A DNA stretch of 64,000 nucleotides. Origin: an uncultured cyanobacterium. GTDB taxonomy: Bacteria; Cyanobacteriota; Cyanobacteriia; PCC-6307; Cyanobiaceae. Under the pieces are notes generated by a model. It did not search any database. It saw only the letters and a list, made by a program, of their open reading frames with translations, and was not told the DNA's origin. The position numbers and the translations under genes are program-made. This document shows, piece after piece, positions 39,662 through 51,207 of the stretch; position 1 is the stretch's first letter, and each line of letters begins with the position of its first letter. The stretch is from contig CAVONQ010000002.1 in NCBI GenBank assembly GCA_963697335.1, forward strand, positions 32,001-96,000. The letters run 5' to 3'.

Positions 39662-40185
39662 GCGCTTGTGCCAGCGGGGCTGTCGGCGAGGACCTGACGG
39701 CGGCAGAAGCTGCAGCTGCCCCAGCGGGCCATCTCGCCGGCTGGGGCAGGGCAGTGGCAGGCGGGGCAGGAGGCCATGCCGTGCACGTCCACCCGACTGG
39801 GATGGAGGGCCCAGGTGCCTGCCGTCTCCTCAGCGCCCAGCTCAGGTTTGATGGCTGGATGGTGCTGGGTGACGCGCACCTCCCGCACGGCAAAGCCGGC
39901 GGCCCGCAGGCTGCCGAGCAGCTGGTGGCGGTTGTACTGAAGGGCCTGGAGCCAGGGGCCGGGGGCGGCTCCCACCGTGAGCACGGAGCCCTGCAGGCGC
40001 AGGGGGCGGCAGTGGGGGGCCAGCTGGGGACCGGCCAGGGTCGGCCAGCGCTGCCACAGGGCCCCCAGGTTGCCCTGGCGCTGCCACTGCTGCTGCAGGG
40101 TGTCGAGGCACTGGGCCAGGGCCGTGGCCGGCGGGTGTCTGGCCGGCACCATCACCGTGATGCTGCCGATGCGGCGCTGACCCAT
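39655..40185 (-). CDS. DUF721 / DciA-like protein with C-terminal Zn ribbon
   Basis: LWQRWPTLAG, HCRPL, WLQALQY, CPAC...CSFC. Confidence 0.82.
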   Translation of the reverse strand: MGQRRIGSITVMVPARHPPATALAQCLDTLQQQWQRQGNLGALWQRWPTLAGPQLAPHCRPLRLQGSVLTVGAAPGPWLQALQYNRHQLLGSLRAAGFAVREVRVTQHHPAIKPELGAEETAGTWALHPSRVDVHGMASCPACHCPAPAGEMARWGSCSFCRRQVLADSPAGTSAQ

Positions 40186-40340
40186 GGCCGGGGCTGTGCC
40201 GCGGCCCCGCTGTCGCTGCGACCCTGCCATGGCGCCCACCAGATCCTGCTCCCATTCTGAGTCCTGAGCGCGATGGTGCTGCTCCGATCAGACGCTGGTG
40301 AGGTTCATGGTTAGCCTCTGGCCTTGCCCCCAGCTGCGCC

Positions 40341-41120
40341 ATGGGCTTTTTTGACCGCCTCAGCCGACTGCTCCGTGCCAACGCCAATGCGGCGATCGGC
40401 AGCATGGAGGATCCCTCCAAGATCCTCGATCAGTCCGTCGCGGACATGCAGTCCGACCTGATCAAGCTCCGCCAGGCGGTGGCCACGGCCATTGCCAGCC
40501 AGAAGCGGATCGCCAACCAGGCCGAACAGGCAGAGAGCCAGTCCAAGACCTGGTACCAGCGCGCCGAACTGGCCCTGCAGAAGGGGGAGGACGACCTCGC
40601 CCGCGAGGCCCTGACTCGCCGCAAGACCTACGACGACACCGCCACCGCCCTCACCACCCAGCTCAAGAGCCAGGCCGGCCAGGTGGACGCGCTCAAGAAG
40701 AGCCTGGTGTCCCTGGAGGCCAAGATCGCCGAGGCCAAGACCAAGAAGGACATGCTCAAGGCCCGGGCCCAGGCCGCCCAGGCCCAGGAGCAGCTCCAGA
40801 GCGCCGTGGGCAACCTCGGCACCAACTCCTCGATGGCCGCCTTTGAGCGCATGGAGGAAAAGGTGCAGAACCTGGAGGCCCGCAGCCAGGCGGCGGCCGA
40901 GCTGGCCGGTGCTGACCTCGAGAGCCAGTTCGCTGCGCTGGAGAGCAGCGATGTGGACGACGAACTCGCCGCCCTCAAGAACCGGCTTTCCGGCGCCGCC
41001 GGCCCCGCCCCACTGGCCCTGCCCAAGGACTCCGATCCCGTGCCCCAGCTGGAGCCGGTGAAGGTGGCCGAGGTGGATGCCGAACTCGAAGAGCTCAAGC
41101 GCTCGATCGACAAGCTCTGA
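40341..41120 (+). CDS. vipp1: Vipp1 / PspA (IM30) family protein
   Basis: MGFFDRLSRLLRAN, EDPSKILDQ, AFERMEEKV and extra C-terminal helix VDAELEELKRSI. Confidence 0.93.
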   Translation: MGFFDRLSRLLRANANAAIGSMEDPSKILDQSVADMQSDLIKLRQAVATAIASQKRIANQAEQAESQSKTWYQRAELALQKGEDDLAREALTRRKTYDDTATALTTQLKSQAGQVDALKKSLVSLEAKIAEAKTKKDMLKARAQAAQAQEQLQSAVGNLGTNSSMAAFERMEEKVQNLEARSQAAAELAGADLESQFAALESSDVDDELAALKNRLSGAAGPAPLALPKDSDPVPQLEPVKVAEVDAELEELKRSIDKL

Positions 41121-41205
41121 ATCGCTGCTCTTCTGCCCTGCCGGCCATGGGCCTGGTCGGCGGCAGGCGTGCCCTTACCTTGAGCTCCTCCCCCCTGCTG
41201 TTGCC

Positions 41206-41538
41206 GTGTCTGCTGCCGTGTCCGTCGTCCATCTCACCGACGCCAACTTCGAGGCTGAGGTGACCGCCTGCAGCGACGCTGTGCTGGTGGATGTCTGGGC
41301 CCAGTGGTGTGGCCCCTGTCGACTGATGGCGCCGCTGATGGACTGGGCTGCCAGCGACTACGCCGGGCGCCTCAAGGTGGGCAAGCTCGAGGCCGATCCC
41401 AACCCCGAGAGCCGCGACCGCCTGCAGGTGCAGGGCCTGCCCACCCTGGTGCTGTTCAAGGCCGGAGCCCCGGTGGCTCGCCATGAGGGCGCCATGGCCA
41501 AGGCCCAGCTCAAGGCCTTCCTGGATGCCCATCTCTGA
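41206..41538 (+). CDS. Thioredoxin
   Basis: VLVDVWAQWCGPCR, VQGLPTL. Confidence 0.93.
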   Translation: MSAAVSVVHLTDANFEAEVTACSDAVLVDVWAQWCGPCRLMAPLMDWAASDYAGRLKVGKLEADPNPESRDRLQVQGLPTLVLFKAGAPVARHEGAMAKAQLKAFLDAHL

Positions 41539-42736
41539 GCGCCTGGCCCAGCTGGGCAGTGGCGTCTTCGCCCGCAACGATCGCCGCAAGAGCGCCTACA
41601 GCCTGCGGGCCGCCGCTGCCGACAGCGGCCTGGCCCCCCTGCTCGATCTCTCCCTGGGCTCCACAGATCTGCTGCCACCGCCCGAGGCGCTCGCGGCGAT
41701 GGCGCGCGCCCTGGATGCCCCCTCGAGTGCGGCCTACTGCCTCCACAACGCCACGCTGCCCTTCCGGGAGGCCGCGGCGGCCTGGGCCCAGCGGCGCTTC
41801 GGAGTGGCCGTCGATCCGCAGCGCGAAGTACTCCTGCTGGTGGGGTCCCAGGAGGGCACGGCCCACCTGCCGCTGGCGGTATTGAATCCGGGCGATGCCG
41901 CCCTGCTGCTCGACCCCTACTACCCCTCCCACCTGGGGGGCCTGCAGCTGGCCTCCGCCCGGCCCCAGCTGTTGCGCCTCGATGCGGCCAGCGGCTGGCG
42001 GCCGGACTTCGAGCGGGTGTCCCTCGCCGAGTGGGAGGCCCTCAAGCTGATGGTGCTGGGGTTCCCCCACAACCCCACTGCCACCACCGGGGAGCAGGCC
42101 TGGGTGGATGCCGCCATGCACAAGGCCCTGCGCCATGACGTGGTGCTGGCCCATGACAACCCCTACGTGGACCTGGCCCTCGAGGGTGAGGCCCCGGCCC
42201 TGCTGCGCCACCCGGGTTGGCGCAGCCATGGCATCGAGTTCTTCTCCCTTTCCAAGAGCTGGTGCCTGGGGGGGTTCAGGCTGGCCTTCGCCATCGGCGC
42301 CGAGTGGCTGATCACCGCCCTGAGGCAGCTCAAGGGGGTCGTGGATTTCAACCAGTCCCTCGCCCTGCAGGCCGGGGCGATTGCGGCCCTGGAGCAGGCC
42401 CCCCACTGGCCGGCCCAGCTGGGCCGGACCTACCGGCAGCGGCGCGATCAGATGGCCGTGGCCCTGGAGGAGGTGGGCTGGCCGGTGCGGCGCCCGAGTA
42501 TGGCCCTTTACCTCTGGCTGGCCCTGCCGCCCCAATGGCAGGGCCAGCACGGCGAGGGCTCCGAAGCCTTCTGTGCCGCCCTGCTGCAGGCCACCGGGGT
42601 GGCCCTCACCCCCGGCAACGGCTTTGGCCCCGGCGGCGAGGGCTGGGTCCGCCTGGCCCTGGTCCACCCCACGGAACAGCTGCAGCAGGGCGCCGCCCGC
42701 ATCGGCACCTGGCTGGCCGCCGGGGCGCCCCGGTGA
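41525..42736 (+). CDS. Class I/II PLP aminotransferase (LL-DAP aminotransferase-like)
   Basis: DLSLGSTD, GSQEGTAHL, FPHNPT, HDNPY, SLSKS...GFRLAF. Confidence 0.88.
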   Translation: MPISERLAQLGSGVFARNDRRKSAYSLRAAAADSGLAPLLDLSLGSTDLLPPPEALAAMARALDAPSSAAYCLHNATLPFREAAAAWAQRRFGVAVDPQREVLLLVGSQEGTAHLPLAVLNPGDAALLLDPYYPSHLGGLQLASARPQLLRLDAASGWRPDFERVSLAEWEALKLMVLGFPHNPTATTGEQAWVDAAMHKALRHDVVLAHDNPYVDLALEGEAPALLRHPGWRSHGIEFFSLSKSWCLGGFRLAFAIGAEWLITALRQLKGVVDFNQSLALQAGAIAALEQAPHWPAQLGRTYRQRRDQMAVALEEVGWPVRRPSMALYLWLALPPQWQGQHGEGSEAFCAALLQATGVALTPGNGFGPGGEGWVRLALVHPTEQLQQGAARIGTWLAAGAPR

Positions 42737-43467
42737 GCGGTTGGCAGATCCGGCGGTTGCCCGTGTGCGCCAGCACCGAGTGGGAGCTGGATCGCTGGCT
42801 GCGCCACAGCCCCCCCGGCCCCCAGGGCCCCGATCCGTGCCGAGCGGTGCTGGCCCGGCGGCAGCGCCACGGCCGGGGGCAGAGGGGGCGGCCCTGGAGT
42901 GCTCCCGCTGGCGGACTGTGGCTCAGTGCCGCCTTCCCCTGGCCTGGGGAGGCCCAAGCCAGCCTGCCCATGGCTCTGGCCGTGGGCCTGACCAGAGAGC
43001 TGGAAGCCCTGGGTCTGCCGGTGCGGATCAAGTGGCCGAACGACCTGCTGGTGCACGGCCGCAAGCTGGCGGGCCTGCTGCCGCGCCAGCGCTGGCGGGG
43101 GGGGCGCCTGCTCTGGGCCCAGGTCGGCATCGGTCTCAACGGCACCAACCGGGTGCCGCCCGGGGCGGTCTCGGTGGCTCAGGCCCTGGCCCGGCCAGGG
43201 GGGCGTCTGGGCCCAGGCGCCGGCCGCTGGCATCCCCAGGCCTGCCCCAGGCGACTGGAGGCCAGGGTGTGGAGCGCCCTCAGCTGGGCCATTGCCCAGA
43301 CAGGTGCCGGGGAACTGGTGCGGTTCCAGGCCGAACAGCGGCTCTGGCAGCCGCCCCAAGGGGTGCTGGTGGGGGAGGAGCGGTGGCAGGTGGCCGGTCT
43401 GGAGCTGGATGGCCGCCTGCGGCTGCAGAGGGGTGCGGCCCGCACCTGGCTCAGCCGCAGCTTCTGA
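42733..43467 (+). CDS. birA: Biotin--[acetyl-CoA-carboxylase] ligase
   Basis: CAST, QRHGRGQRGRPWSAP, IKWPNDLLVHGRKLAGLL, VGIGLN. Confidence 0.92.
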   Translation: MSGWQIRRLPVCASTEWELDRWLRHSPPGPQGPDPCRAVLARRQRHGRGQRGRPWSAPAGGLWLSAAFPWPGEAQASLPMALAVGLTRELEALGLPVRIKWPNDLLVHGRKLAGLLPRQRWRGGRLLWAQVGIGLNGTNRVPPGAVSVAQALARPGGRLGPGAGRWHPQACPRRLEARVWSALSWAIAQTGAGELVRFQAEQRLWQPPQGVLVGEERWQVAGLELDGRLRLQRGAARTWLSRSF

Positions 43468-43599
43468 GCCTGTCGCCCCCGCAACAGCATGGGCAGCGGC
43501 ATCTCGTCGGTTCACGGGTGAGAATGGGGCCTCCCTGATGCCCTGGCATCCCCAACGCCTGCGCTGACGCTCCCTCCACTGCCTGCTCTGATCCGCTCC

Positions 43600-44796
43600 A
43601 TGGCACGACTGTTCCACCTCCATCTCCTTCCCGCCGCCCTGGTGACGGGTGGGACCCTGATCGGGCTGGTGGGCCTGGGGGTTGCCCAGGAGCGCCCCCC
43701 CGCCGATGCGCCAGCGCCGGTGCCGCCGCCCCAGGCCTCCACGGCCGCCGAGGCTTCTGCCCCTGCTGCTGCCGGCGCTGACCCTCGAGCCGGGCAACCG
43801 TTGCGCCCCCGGCGCCCGCCCGCTGCCGCAGTCCCTGCCCCCCGCTCCGTGCCCCCTGCCTCAGCCCGGGACTCCCGGCCACCGGCCAGCTTCGACAGCT
43901 CCCTCGATGCCCTGGTGCGCGACGGCGTTGTCACCCAGGCGGAGCGGGACCGGGTGCGCTCCGGCAGCCGCGCCATCCCCTTCAACAGCCCGGCGAATGT
44001 CCAGGCCTGCAGCAGCGGCGCCCTCTCGACCCAGGAGTGCCGCCGGGGTGTGGTGGTGCGGGGCTGGGGCCGCCCTGGCAGCGCCAGCTCGGACCCTGGT
44101 GGTCTCCTCGGCGGCGCCGAGAACGGCATGGTCGGCCCTGGGCAACAGCTGATCGCCGGCGCCCCGCTCACCACACCGCTCACCGTTCCCGTGGCAGCCT
44201 TGCTGGCCGGCGGTGGCGGCGGCTTCCGCCTTGCCGATGTGTTCGCGGTCACGCCCCGCCCCTCGCCGATCGGCGGCAACGGCAACCGCCGCCTGCTGTT
44301 TCCCCTGATCGGGGAGGCCTTCACCAGCAGCGGCTTCGGCTTCCGCATGCACCCCGTGCTTGGCAGCTGGCTGATGCATGCCGGCCGCGACCTGGCGGCA
44401 CCGGAGGGCACCCCCGTGGTGGCCGCCCTCAGTGGCCAGGTGATCAGCAGCGGCGTGGCAGGGGGCTACGGGCTGGCCATCGAGATCGAGCACGATCGGC
44501 CCAGACGGCGCACGCTCTACGGTCACCTCAGCGAGCTGTACGTGAAGCCCGGCGACCGGGTGCGCCAGGGTGAGGTGATCGGCCGGGTGGGCAGCACGGG
44601 CCTCAGCACCGGTCCCCACCTGCATTTCGAGTTGCGGCTGCCGGGCGATGGCGGCTGGATGGCGGTCGATCCCGGCGATCTCGACCCCGGCCAGGGGGCT
44701 GGCGGCAGTGATGCCATCGCCCTGTTGATGGGCCAGCTGCTGCAGACCCTGGAGCGGCCCATCGCGCCCCTGGCCCCTGCCCCACGGGCGGGCTAG
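43600..44796 (+). CDS. M23 family metallopeptidase
   Basis: TSSGFGFRMHPV, HAGRDL, YGHLS, VGSTGLSTGPHLHFE. Confidence 0.92.
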   Translation: MARLFHLHLLPAALVTGGTLIGLVGLGVAQERPPADAPAPVPPPQASTAAEASAPAAAGADPRAGQPLRPRRPPAAAVPAPRSVPPASARDSRPPASFDSSLDALVRDGVVTQAERDRVRSGSRAIPFNSPANVQACSSGALSTQECRRGVVVRGWGRPGSASSDPGGLLGGAENGMVGPGQQLIAGAPLTTPLTVPVAALLAGGGGGFRLADVFAVTPRPSPIGGNGNRRLLFPLIGEAFTSSGFGFRMHPVLGSWLMHAGRDLAAPEGTPVVAALSGQVISSGVAGGYGLAIEIEHDRPRRRTLYGHLSELYVKPGDRVRQGEVIGRVGSTGLSTGPHLHFELRLPGDGGWMAVDPGDLDPGQGAGGSDAIALLMGQLLQTLERPIAPLAPAPRAG

Positions 44797-45500
44797 CGGG
44801 CGGCCAGGGCCGGCGCCTGGGTGGTTGTCTCGGTGATCCGGCCATCGCGGAAATGGACCACCCGGTCGGCGCGGGCAGCCACGTCGTCTTCATGGGTCAC
44901 CATCACCACCGTCATGCCGCCGCGGTGCAGTTCATCAAAGATGGCCAGCACCTCCTCGGTGGTGCGGGAATCGAGGGCGCCCGTGGGTTCATCGGCCAGC
45001 AGCAGGGCGGGTTGGTTGATGATCGCCCGGGCGATCGCCACTCGCTGCTGCTGGCCGCCGGAGAGCTGGTTGGGCTTGTTCTGCAGGCGGTCGGCCAGCC
45101 CCACCCTCCCTAGGGCCTCCGCGGAGCGCCGCCGCCGTTCTGGGGCCGCCACGCCGGCGTACACCATCGGCAGCATCACATTGTCCAGGGCCGAGAGCTG
45201 GGGCAGCAGGTGGAACTGCTGGAACACGAACCCCAGATCGCGGTTGCGGAGATCGGCCAGCTGGTCGTCGTTGAGCTGGTTCACCAGGGTGCCGTTGAGC
45301 CGGTAGCTGCCGGCACTGGGCCGATCCAGACAGCCCAGGATGTTCATCGCCGTGCTCTTACCCGAACCCGAGGCCCCCATCACGGCCAGATAGTCGCCCC
45401 GGTTGACGGTGAGGCTGAGGCCATCGAGGGCCCGCACCTCCGTGTCACCTGAGCCGTAGATCTTCTCCACGGCCTCGAGTTGGGCAACGGGCACGGTCAC
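44793..45500 (-). CDS. ABC transporter ATP-binding protein (LolD/SalX-like)
   Basis: [42 protein letters not shown]. Confidence 0.93.
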   Translation of the reverse strand: MTVPVAQLEAVEKIYGSGDTEVRALDGLSLTVNRGDYLAVMGASGSGKSTAMNILGCLDRPSAGSYRLNGTLVNQLNDDQLADLRNRDLGFVFQQFHLLPQLSALDNVMLPMVYAGVAAPERRRRSAEALGRVGLADRLQNKPNQLSGGQQQRVAIARAIINQPALLLADEPTGALDSRTTEEVLAIFDELHRGGMTVVMVTHEDDVAARADRVVHFRDGRITETTTQAPALAAR

Positions 45501-45504
45501 GGCA

Positions 45505-47127
45505 TCAACCGATGGGAGGCGCCGTGGCGCTGGCGATGGCCTGCTGCAGGATCGGCGTGCCCACCACAGCCTCGCTGGCCCATGTGAACAGTGGGCTGGA
45601 GAGCACCCCCCCCACCGCCGTCACGATCACACAGCCCACCAGCGCCGTGCGCAGCTCCGGCATGCCGGCAATGGACCAGGAGATTTCCGGGTAGGCCTTC
45701 ACCACATCAGAAGCTTCCTGGGGCTCTTTCACCACCATCATCTTGATCACGGAGATGTAGTAGTAGATCGAGACAACGGAGGTGACCAGGCCCACGACCA
45801 CCAAAAGATATTGCTGATCAGCCCAACCGGCGAAGAAGAGATAGATCTTGCCGAAGAAGCCCAGCATCGGCGGAATACCACCCAGGGAAAGCAGGCAGAG
45901 GCTGAGGCCCAGGGTGATCAGCGGGTCTTTCTGATAAAGGCCTGCGTAGTCGGCAATACGGTCGCTGCCGGTGCGCAGCGAGAACAGGATGATGCAGGCG
46001 AACGCCCCCAGGTTCATGAACAGGTAGGCGGCCATGTACAGCACCATGGCGGCGAAGCCGTCTTCGGTGCCGCAGACCAGACCGATCATCACGAAGCCGG
46101 CCTGGCCGATCGAGCTGTAGGCCAGCATCCGCTTCATGGAGGTCTGGGCCAGGGCCACCACATTGCCCAGCACCATGCTGAGGATGGCCAGCACGGTGAA
46201 CAGCAGCTTCCACTGGGCATCGAAGCTCTCGAAGCAGCCCACCAGGATGCGAACGGCCAGGGCGAATCCTGCCGCCTTGGAACCCACCGAGAGGAACGCC
46301 ACCACAGGCGTGGGCGAGCCCTCATAGACATCCGGAGTCCACTGGTGGAAGGGCACGGCGGCGATCTTGAAGGCCACGGTGGCCAGCACGAACACCAGGG
46401 CCAGGGCAGTCACCGGCGAAGCGCTGGTCTGCAGGGCCAGGGCAACAGCATCCAGTCCGGTGGCACCACCGGTGAGGCCGTAGAGCAGGGAGGCTCCGTA
46501 GAGGAACACCGCCGCGGCGGCAGAACCCACCAGCAGGTATTTGAGCGCCGCCTCGGAGCTGCGGGCGTCGCGCTTCATGTAGCCCGCCAGCAGATAGCTC
46601 GACACCGAGAGCGTTTCCAGCGAGATGAAGATGCTCACCAGATCGGTGGCCCCGCACAGGAACATGGCGCCCAGGGTGGCTGCCAGGAGAATGGCGGCGT
46701 ATTCGCCTACCGGCGTACCGCTGCGCTCGACGTAGCGCCAGCTCAACAGCAGCGAGATCAAGGTGGAAGCCGCCACCACGCCGCGGAAGGCGATGGCCAG
46801 ATTGTCGGCGAGGAAGGAGCCGAGGAAGGAGGGCTCCAGCAATGGGGTGTTCCACTGCAGGGCCAGCAGCACCAGGGCCCCGCCGAGGCCCGCGTAGCAG
46901 AGGGGAGGCACCCAGCGGCTGGCGGCCTGCTCTCCGGCCAGATCCACCAGCAGACAGGCGATCAGGGCCAGCAGCACGGCCACCTCAGGGGCGATGGCGC
47001 CGGCATTGAGCTGGAGGCTGAGCCCGCCACTGCCTAACCCCGCCCCGATGGCCTGGGTGGCGGGTTGGGCCGCCTCTGCGAGCGTGGCAGCGGCCACGGC
47101 TGGGAGAGCACCGAGCAGGGAGATCAC
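45505..47127 (-). CDS. ndhB: NAD(P)H-quinone oxidoreductase subunit 2 (NdhB)
   Basis: [55 protein letters not shown]. Start uncertain. Confidence 0.96.
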   Translation of the reverse strand: MISLLGALPAVAAATLAEAAQPATQAIGAGLGSGGLSLQLNAGAIAPEVAVLLALIACLLVDLAGEQAASRWVPPLCYAGLGGALVLLALQWNTPLLEPSFLGSFLADNLAIAFRGVVAASTLISLLLSWRYVERSGTPVGEYAAILLAATLGAMFLCGATDLVSIFISLETLSVSSYLLAGYMKRDARSSEAALKYLLVGSAAAAVFLYGASLLYGLTGGATGLDAVALALQTSASPVTALALVFVLATVAFKIAAVPFHQWTPDVYEGSPTPVVAFLSVGSKAAGFALAVRILVGCFESFDAQWKLLFTVLAILSMVLGNVVALAQTSMKRMLAYSSIGQAGFVMIGLVCGTEDGFAAMVLYMAAYLFMNLGAFACIILFSLRTGSDRIADYAGLYQKDPLITLGLSLCLLSLGGIPPMLGFFGKIYLFFAGWADQQYLLVVVGLVTSVVSIYYYISVIKMMVVKEPQEASDVVKAYPEISWSIAGMPELRTALVGCVIVTAVGGVLSSPLFTWASEAVVGTPILQQAIASATAPPIG

Positions 47128-47247
47128 GGGGGTGATGCGGCCAGATTTGGTGCCGGAACTGTAGCGGCGTTGCACCGGTTCCCTCAGCGGCGGGATGCGG
47201 TGCCGGCCGCCGATGCGATAAAGAGGGGGGAGGTCGTTCGCCTGTCT

Positions 47248-50010
47248 GTGGGTCACACCCTCGTCATCGTTGAGAGCCCCACCAAGGCCCGCACCATCCG
47301 TGGATTCCTGCCCAAGGACTTCCGCGTGGAGGCCTCCATGGGGCACGTGCGGGACCTGCCCAACAACGCCAGTGAGATCCCTGCCGCTCACAAGGGTGAG
47401 AAGTGGGCGAACCTGGGCGTGAACACCGCCAGCAACTTCGAGCCGCTCTATGTGGTGCCGAAGGACAAGAAGAAGGTGGTGAAGGAGCTCAAGGATGCCC
47501 TCAAGGGTGCCGACCAGCTGCTGCTGGCCACGGACGAGGACCGGGAAGGGGAGAGCATCAGCTGGCACCTGTTGCAGCTGCTACAGCCCAAGGTTCCCGT
47601 CAAGCGGATGGTGTTCCACGAGATCACCAAGGCCGCCATCGGTCGCGCCCTCGACGACACCCGGGAGCTCGACATGGAGCTGGTGCACGCCCAGGAGACG
47701 CGCCGGATCCTCGATCGTCTGGTGGGCTACACCCTCTCGCCCCTGCTCTGGAAGAAGGTGGCCTGGGGGCTGTCGGCGGGCCGGGTGCAGTCGGTGGCGG
47801 TGCGCCTGCTGGTGCAGCGCGAGCGGGCCCGCCGGGCCTTCCACAGCGGCAGCTACTGGGACCTCAAGGCCCAGCTGGACCAGGCCGGTGGCCGCTTCGA
47901 AGCCAAACTCAGCCACCTGAAGGGCGAGCGCATCGCTGGCGGCTCCGATTTCGACGAGACCACCGGTGCCCTCAAGGCCGGCAGCAGAGTGCGGCTGCTG
48001 GCCGAGGACGAGGCCCGCAGCCTTCAGGCCGCCGTGCAGAGCGGAGCCTGGTCGGTGGCGCAGGTGGAGGCCAAGCCCAGCGTGCGCAAGCCGGTGGCGC
48101 CGTTCACCACCAGCACCCTGCAGCAGGAAGCCAACCGCAAGCTGCGGCTCTCGGCCCGCGAGACGATGCGCGCCGCCCAGGGGCTCTACGAGCGTGGTTT
48201 CATCACCTACATGCGCACCGACTCGGTGCACCTCAGTGACCAGGCGATTCAGGCGGCCCGCAGCTGCGTGGCTGCTAAGTACGGGCAGAACTACCTGAGC
48301 CCCTCAGCGCGGCAGTTCTCCACCAAGGCCCGCAATGCCCAGGAGGCCCACGAGGCGATCCGACCGGCGGGGGAGAGCTTCCGCGACCCAGCCGACACCC
48401 GCCTGGACGGGAGGGATCTGGCCCTCTATGAACTGATCTGGAAGCGCACGGTGGCCAGCCAGATGGCCGAGGCCAGGCTCACGATGCTGGCCGTGGATCT
48501 CGAGGTGGAGGGCGGCAGCCTCGGCACGGCGCGCTTCCGGGCCAGCGGCAAGCGGATCGATTTCCCCGGCTTCTTCCGCGCTTACGTGGAGGGCAGCGAC
48601 GACCCCGATGCGGCCCTGGAGGGCCAGGAGGTGCTGTTGCCCGCCCTGGCGGTGGGCGATGCTCCGGCCTGCCAGGGGGTGGAGGCCCTCGGCCACCAGA
48701 CCCAGCCACCGGCGCGCTACAGCGAGGCGGCCCTGGTGAAGATGTTGGAGAAGGAGGGCATCGGCCGCCCTTCCACCTACGCCTCGATCATCGGCACGAT
48801 CGTGGATCGGGGTTACGCCACGCTCCTGAACAACTCCCTCACCCCGAGCTTCACGGCCTTCGCGGTGACGGCCCTGCTGGAGGAGCACTTCCCCGACCTG
48901 GTGGACACCAGCTTCACCGCCCGGATGGAGCAGAGCCTCGACGAGATCTCCCACGGCCAGGTGGCCTGGCTGCCCTACCTCGAGGCCTTCTACAGGGGCG
49001 AGAAGGGTCTCGAAACCCAGGTGCAGCAGCGCGAGGGCGACATCGACCCCGGCGTCTCCCGCACCGTGTCGCTGGAGGGGCTGCCCTGCGTGGTGCGGAT
49101 CGGCCGCTTCGGGGCCTACCTGGAAACCAAGCGGGTGGCCGAGGACGGCACCGAGGAGCTGCTCAAGGCCACCCTGCCCCTGGAGATCACCCCCGCCGAT
49201 CTCGATGCCGACAAGGCCGAGCTGCTGCTGCGCCAGAAGGCGGAAGGTCCCGAGTCCCTGGGCGAGGATCCCGAGACGGGTGAGCAGGTGTATCTGCTGT
49301 TCGGTCAGTACGGCCCCTACGTGCAGCGCGGCCAGGTGAGTGAGGCCGTTCCCAAACCCAAGCGCGCCTCCCTGCCCAAGGGCCAGAAGCCCGAGGAGCT
49401 CAGCCTCGCCGATGCCCTGGGGCTGCTGCGCCTGCCCCGGGCCCTCGGCGACCACCCCGAGGGGGGACGGGTGGAGGCCGGCCTGGGCCGCTTCGGGCCC
49501 TATGTGGTGCACCACAAGGGCAAGGGCGAGAAGGACTACCGCTCGCTCAAGGCGGAGGACGACGTGCTCACGGTGCCCCTCAGTCGCGCCGTGGAACTGC
49601 TGGCGATGCCCAAGCGCGGCCGCGGCGGCCGCACCGCCCTCAAGCAGCTCGGGCTGCCCGAGGGCAGCGAGGAACCCGTGCAGCTCTTTGATGGTCCCTA
49701 CGGCCTGTACGTGAAGCAGGGCAAGGTGAACGCCTCCCTGCCGGAGGGCACCACGGCCGACACCATCACCCTGGAGCAGGCGATCGAGCTGCTGGCGGCC
49801 AAGGCCGCCACTGGCAAGGCCGCCAAGGGCAAGGCCTCCGCGGGCAAGACAGCCCCAGGCAAGAGCTCCGCATCCGCCAAGACAGCCAAGACCACAGCTG
49901 CCAAGGCGGCCAAGAGCCAACCACCTGCCGCCAAAAAGCCCCCGGCCACCACCAAGACCGGCCGGCTGCGGGCCAGTGCCGTGCGGGTGATCAAAGCGGC
50001 GGAGAGTTGA
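47248..50010 (+). CDS. topA: DNA topoisomerase I
   Basis: [53 protein letters not shown]-terminal GRFGPY repeats and Ala/Lys-rich tail. Confidence 0.98.
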   Translation: MGHTLVIVESPTKARTIRGFLPKDFRVEASMGHVRDLPNNASEIPAAHKGEKWANLGVNTASNFEPLYVVPKDKKKVVKELKDALKGADQLLLATDEDREGESISWHLLQLLQPKVPVKRMVFHEITKAAIGRALDDTRELDMELVHAQETRRILDRLVGYTLSPLLWKKVAWGLSAGRVQSVAVRLLVQRERARRAFHSGSYWDLKAQLDQAGGRFEAKLSHLKGERIAGGSDFDETTGALKAGSRVRLLAEDEARSLQAAVQSGAWSVAQVEAKPSVRKPVAPFTTSTLQQEANRKLRLSARETMRAAQGLYERGFITYMRTDSVHLSDQAIQAARSCVAAKYGQNYLSPSARQFSTKARNAQEAHEAIRPAGESFRDPADTRLDGRDLALYELIWKRTVASQMAEARLTMLAVDLEVEGGSLGTARFRASGKRIDFPGFFRAYVEGSDDPDAALEGQEVLLPALAVGDAPACQGVEALGHQTQPPARYSEAALVKMLEKEGIGRPSTYASIIGTIVDRGYATLLNNSLTPSFTAFAVTALLEEHFPDLVDTSFTARMEQSLDEISHGQVAWLPYLEAFYRGEKGLETQVQQREGDIDPGVSRTVSLEGLPCVVRIGRFGAYLETKRVAEDGTEELLKATLPLEITPADLDADKAELLLRQKAEGPESLGEDPETGEQVYLLFGQYGPYVQRGQVSEAVPKPKRASLPKGQKPEELSLADALGLLRLPRALGDHPEGGRVEAGLGRFGPYVVHHKGKGEKDYRSLKAEDDVLTVPLSRAVELLAMPKRGRGGRTALKQLGLPEGSEEPVQLFDGPYGLYVKQGKVNASLPEGTTADTITLEQAIELLAAKAATGKAAKGKASAGKTAPGKSSASAKTAKTTAAKAAKSQPPAAKKPPATTKTGRLRASAVRVIKAAES

Positions 50011-50546
50011 TGCTGGGGCCCTGCCCCGATGGCCGTCGCTGGGGGCTGCTCCTGCTCGCCGGCTTCACTGGGCTGCTGATGGGCGGGTGCAGTGGTACGC
50101 CCCTGGGGGAGCAGCTCTCGCGCAGTTTCTCGGCCCCAGGCCCTGCCGCGCCCGGCGATGGTGCCCCAGCTGCCACGGACGCGGCCACACCAGCGGCGAC
50201 CCCGGGGTCCCCGAGCGCGGCACCTGGCGCTGCAACCCCGCCCGGCGGGGCCCCGGCCCCGACGGCGGCTCAACCAAACGCTCAGCCTGGGGCAGCCCCC
50301 CCTCGGGCACCCGTGCTGTCCCCCGCTCCCTACCGGATCACCCTGAAGCTGGCCGGTGCCGATCCGGCCGCGCCCGCCGAGGCCCTCACCGAGGCCCTGC
50401 GGGCGGCCGGCGTGCCCTTCGAGGTGGAGATGATCGAGCGGGTGCCCTCTTCCGGCAGTGCCGCTGCCCCAGCTCCCACATCGACTCCCGCACCTGCCCC
50501 AAGCCCTTCGCCCCCCGCGGCGCCTGCGGCTCCGACGACCCGCTGA
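50010..50546 (+). CDS. Pro/Ala-rich hypothetical lipoprotein
   Basis: Lipobox LLMGGC; small core PYRITLKLAGADPAAPAEALTEALRAAGVPFEVEMIERV. Confidence 0.78.
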   Translation: MLGPCPDGRRWGLLLLAGFTGLLMGGCSGTPLGEQLSRSFSAPGPAAPGDGAPAATDAATPAATPGSPSAAPGAATPPGGAPAPTAAQPNAQPGAAPPRAPVLSPAPYRITLKLAGADPAAPAEALTEALRAAGVPFEVEMIERVPSSGSAAAPAPTSTPAPAPSPSPPAAPAAPTTR

Positions 50547-51205
50547 TGGATCCTCGGCCCGTCAACCGCAGCCTCAGCCGCCGCCAGGCCCGCCAGCTGA
50601 TGGACACCGCCTACCTGGCCGCCGCCACCGGGCTGCTCTGGCTGGCGCTCTACTACCTGCCGGTGGGCAGTCCCCTGTTCCGGCTGGCCCTGCCCCTGCC
50701 CCTGGCCCTGCTGCAGCTGCGCCACGGCTGGCGCTGCGCCGTGGAGGGGCAGGCGGTGGCCTGCCTGCTGGCGGTGGCCCTGATGGGGCCGATCCGCGGC
50801 CCCCTGCTGCTCTTCCCCTATGGCCTGCTGGCCCTCTGGCTGGGCTGGTGCTGGCGGCGCAAGCTGAACTGGTGGCTCAGCTGGTCGGTGGGCAGCCTGA
50901 TCGGCGCGGCCGGCTTCCTGGTGCGGGTGGCGGTGCTCTCCCTGCTCGTGGGGGAAAATCTCTGGGTGGTGATCACCACGGCGGCGGCCGGGCTGCTGGA
51001 GCGGCTGGCGGGGCTGGTGGACCTGGTGTCCGCCATCGACCTGGCCCAGGTTCAGGTGGCGGCCCTGCTGCTGGTGCTGGTGCAGAACGCCATCGTGGTG
51101 CTCGCCCTGCACGCCGTGGCCTACTGGATCTTTCCGCGCCTGCAGGCCCCCATCAGTGAACCGCCCGCGGCTCTGAGGGCCCTGGTGGCCCTCGACCCCC
51201 TCTGA
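50546..51205 (+). CDS. DUF2232 family membrane protein
   Basis: MDTAYLAA, FRLALPLP, LMGPIRGP, LVGENLW; multiple TM helices. Confidence 0.82.
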   Translation: MDPRPVNRSLSRRQARQLMDTAYLAAATGLLWLALYYLPVGSPLFRLALPLPLALLQLRHGWRCAVEGQAVACLLAVALMGPIRGPLLLFPYGLLALWLGWCWRRKLNWWLSWSVGSLIGAAGFLVRVAVLSLLVGENLWVVITTAAAGLLERLAGLVDLVSAIDLAQVQVAALLLVLVQNAIVVLALHAVAYWIFPRLQAPISEPPAALRALVALDPL

Positions 51206-51207
51206 CC

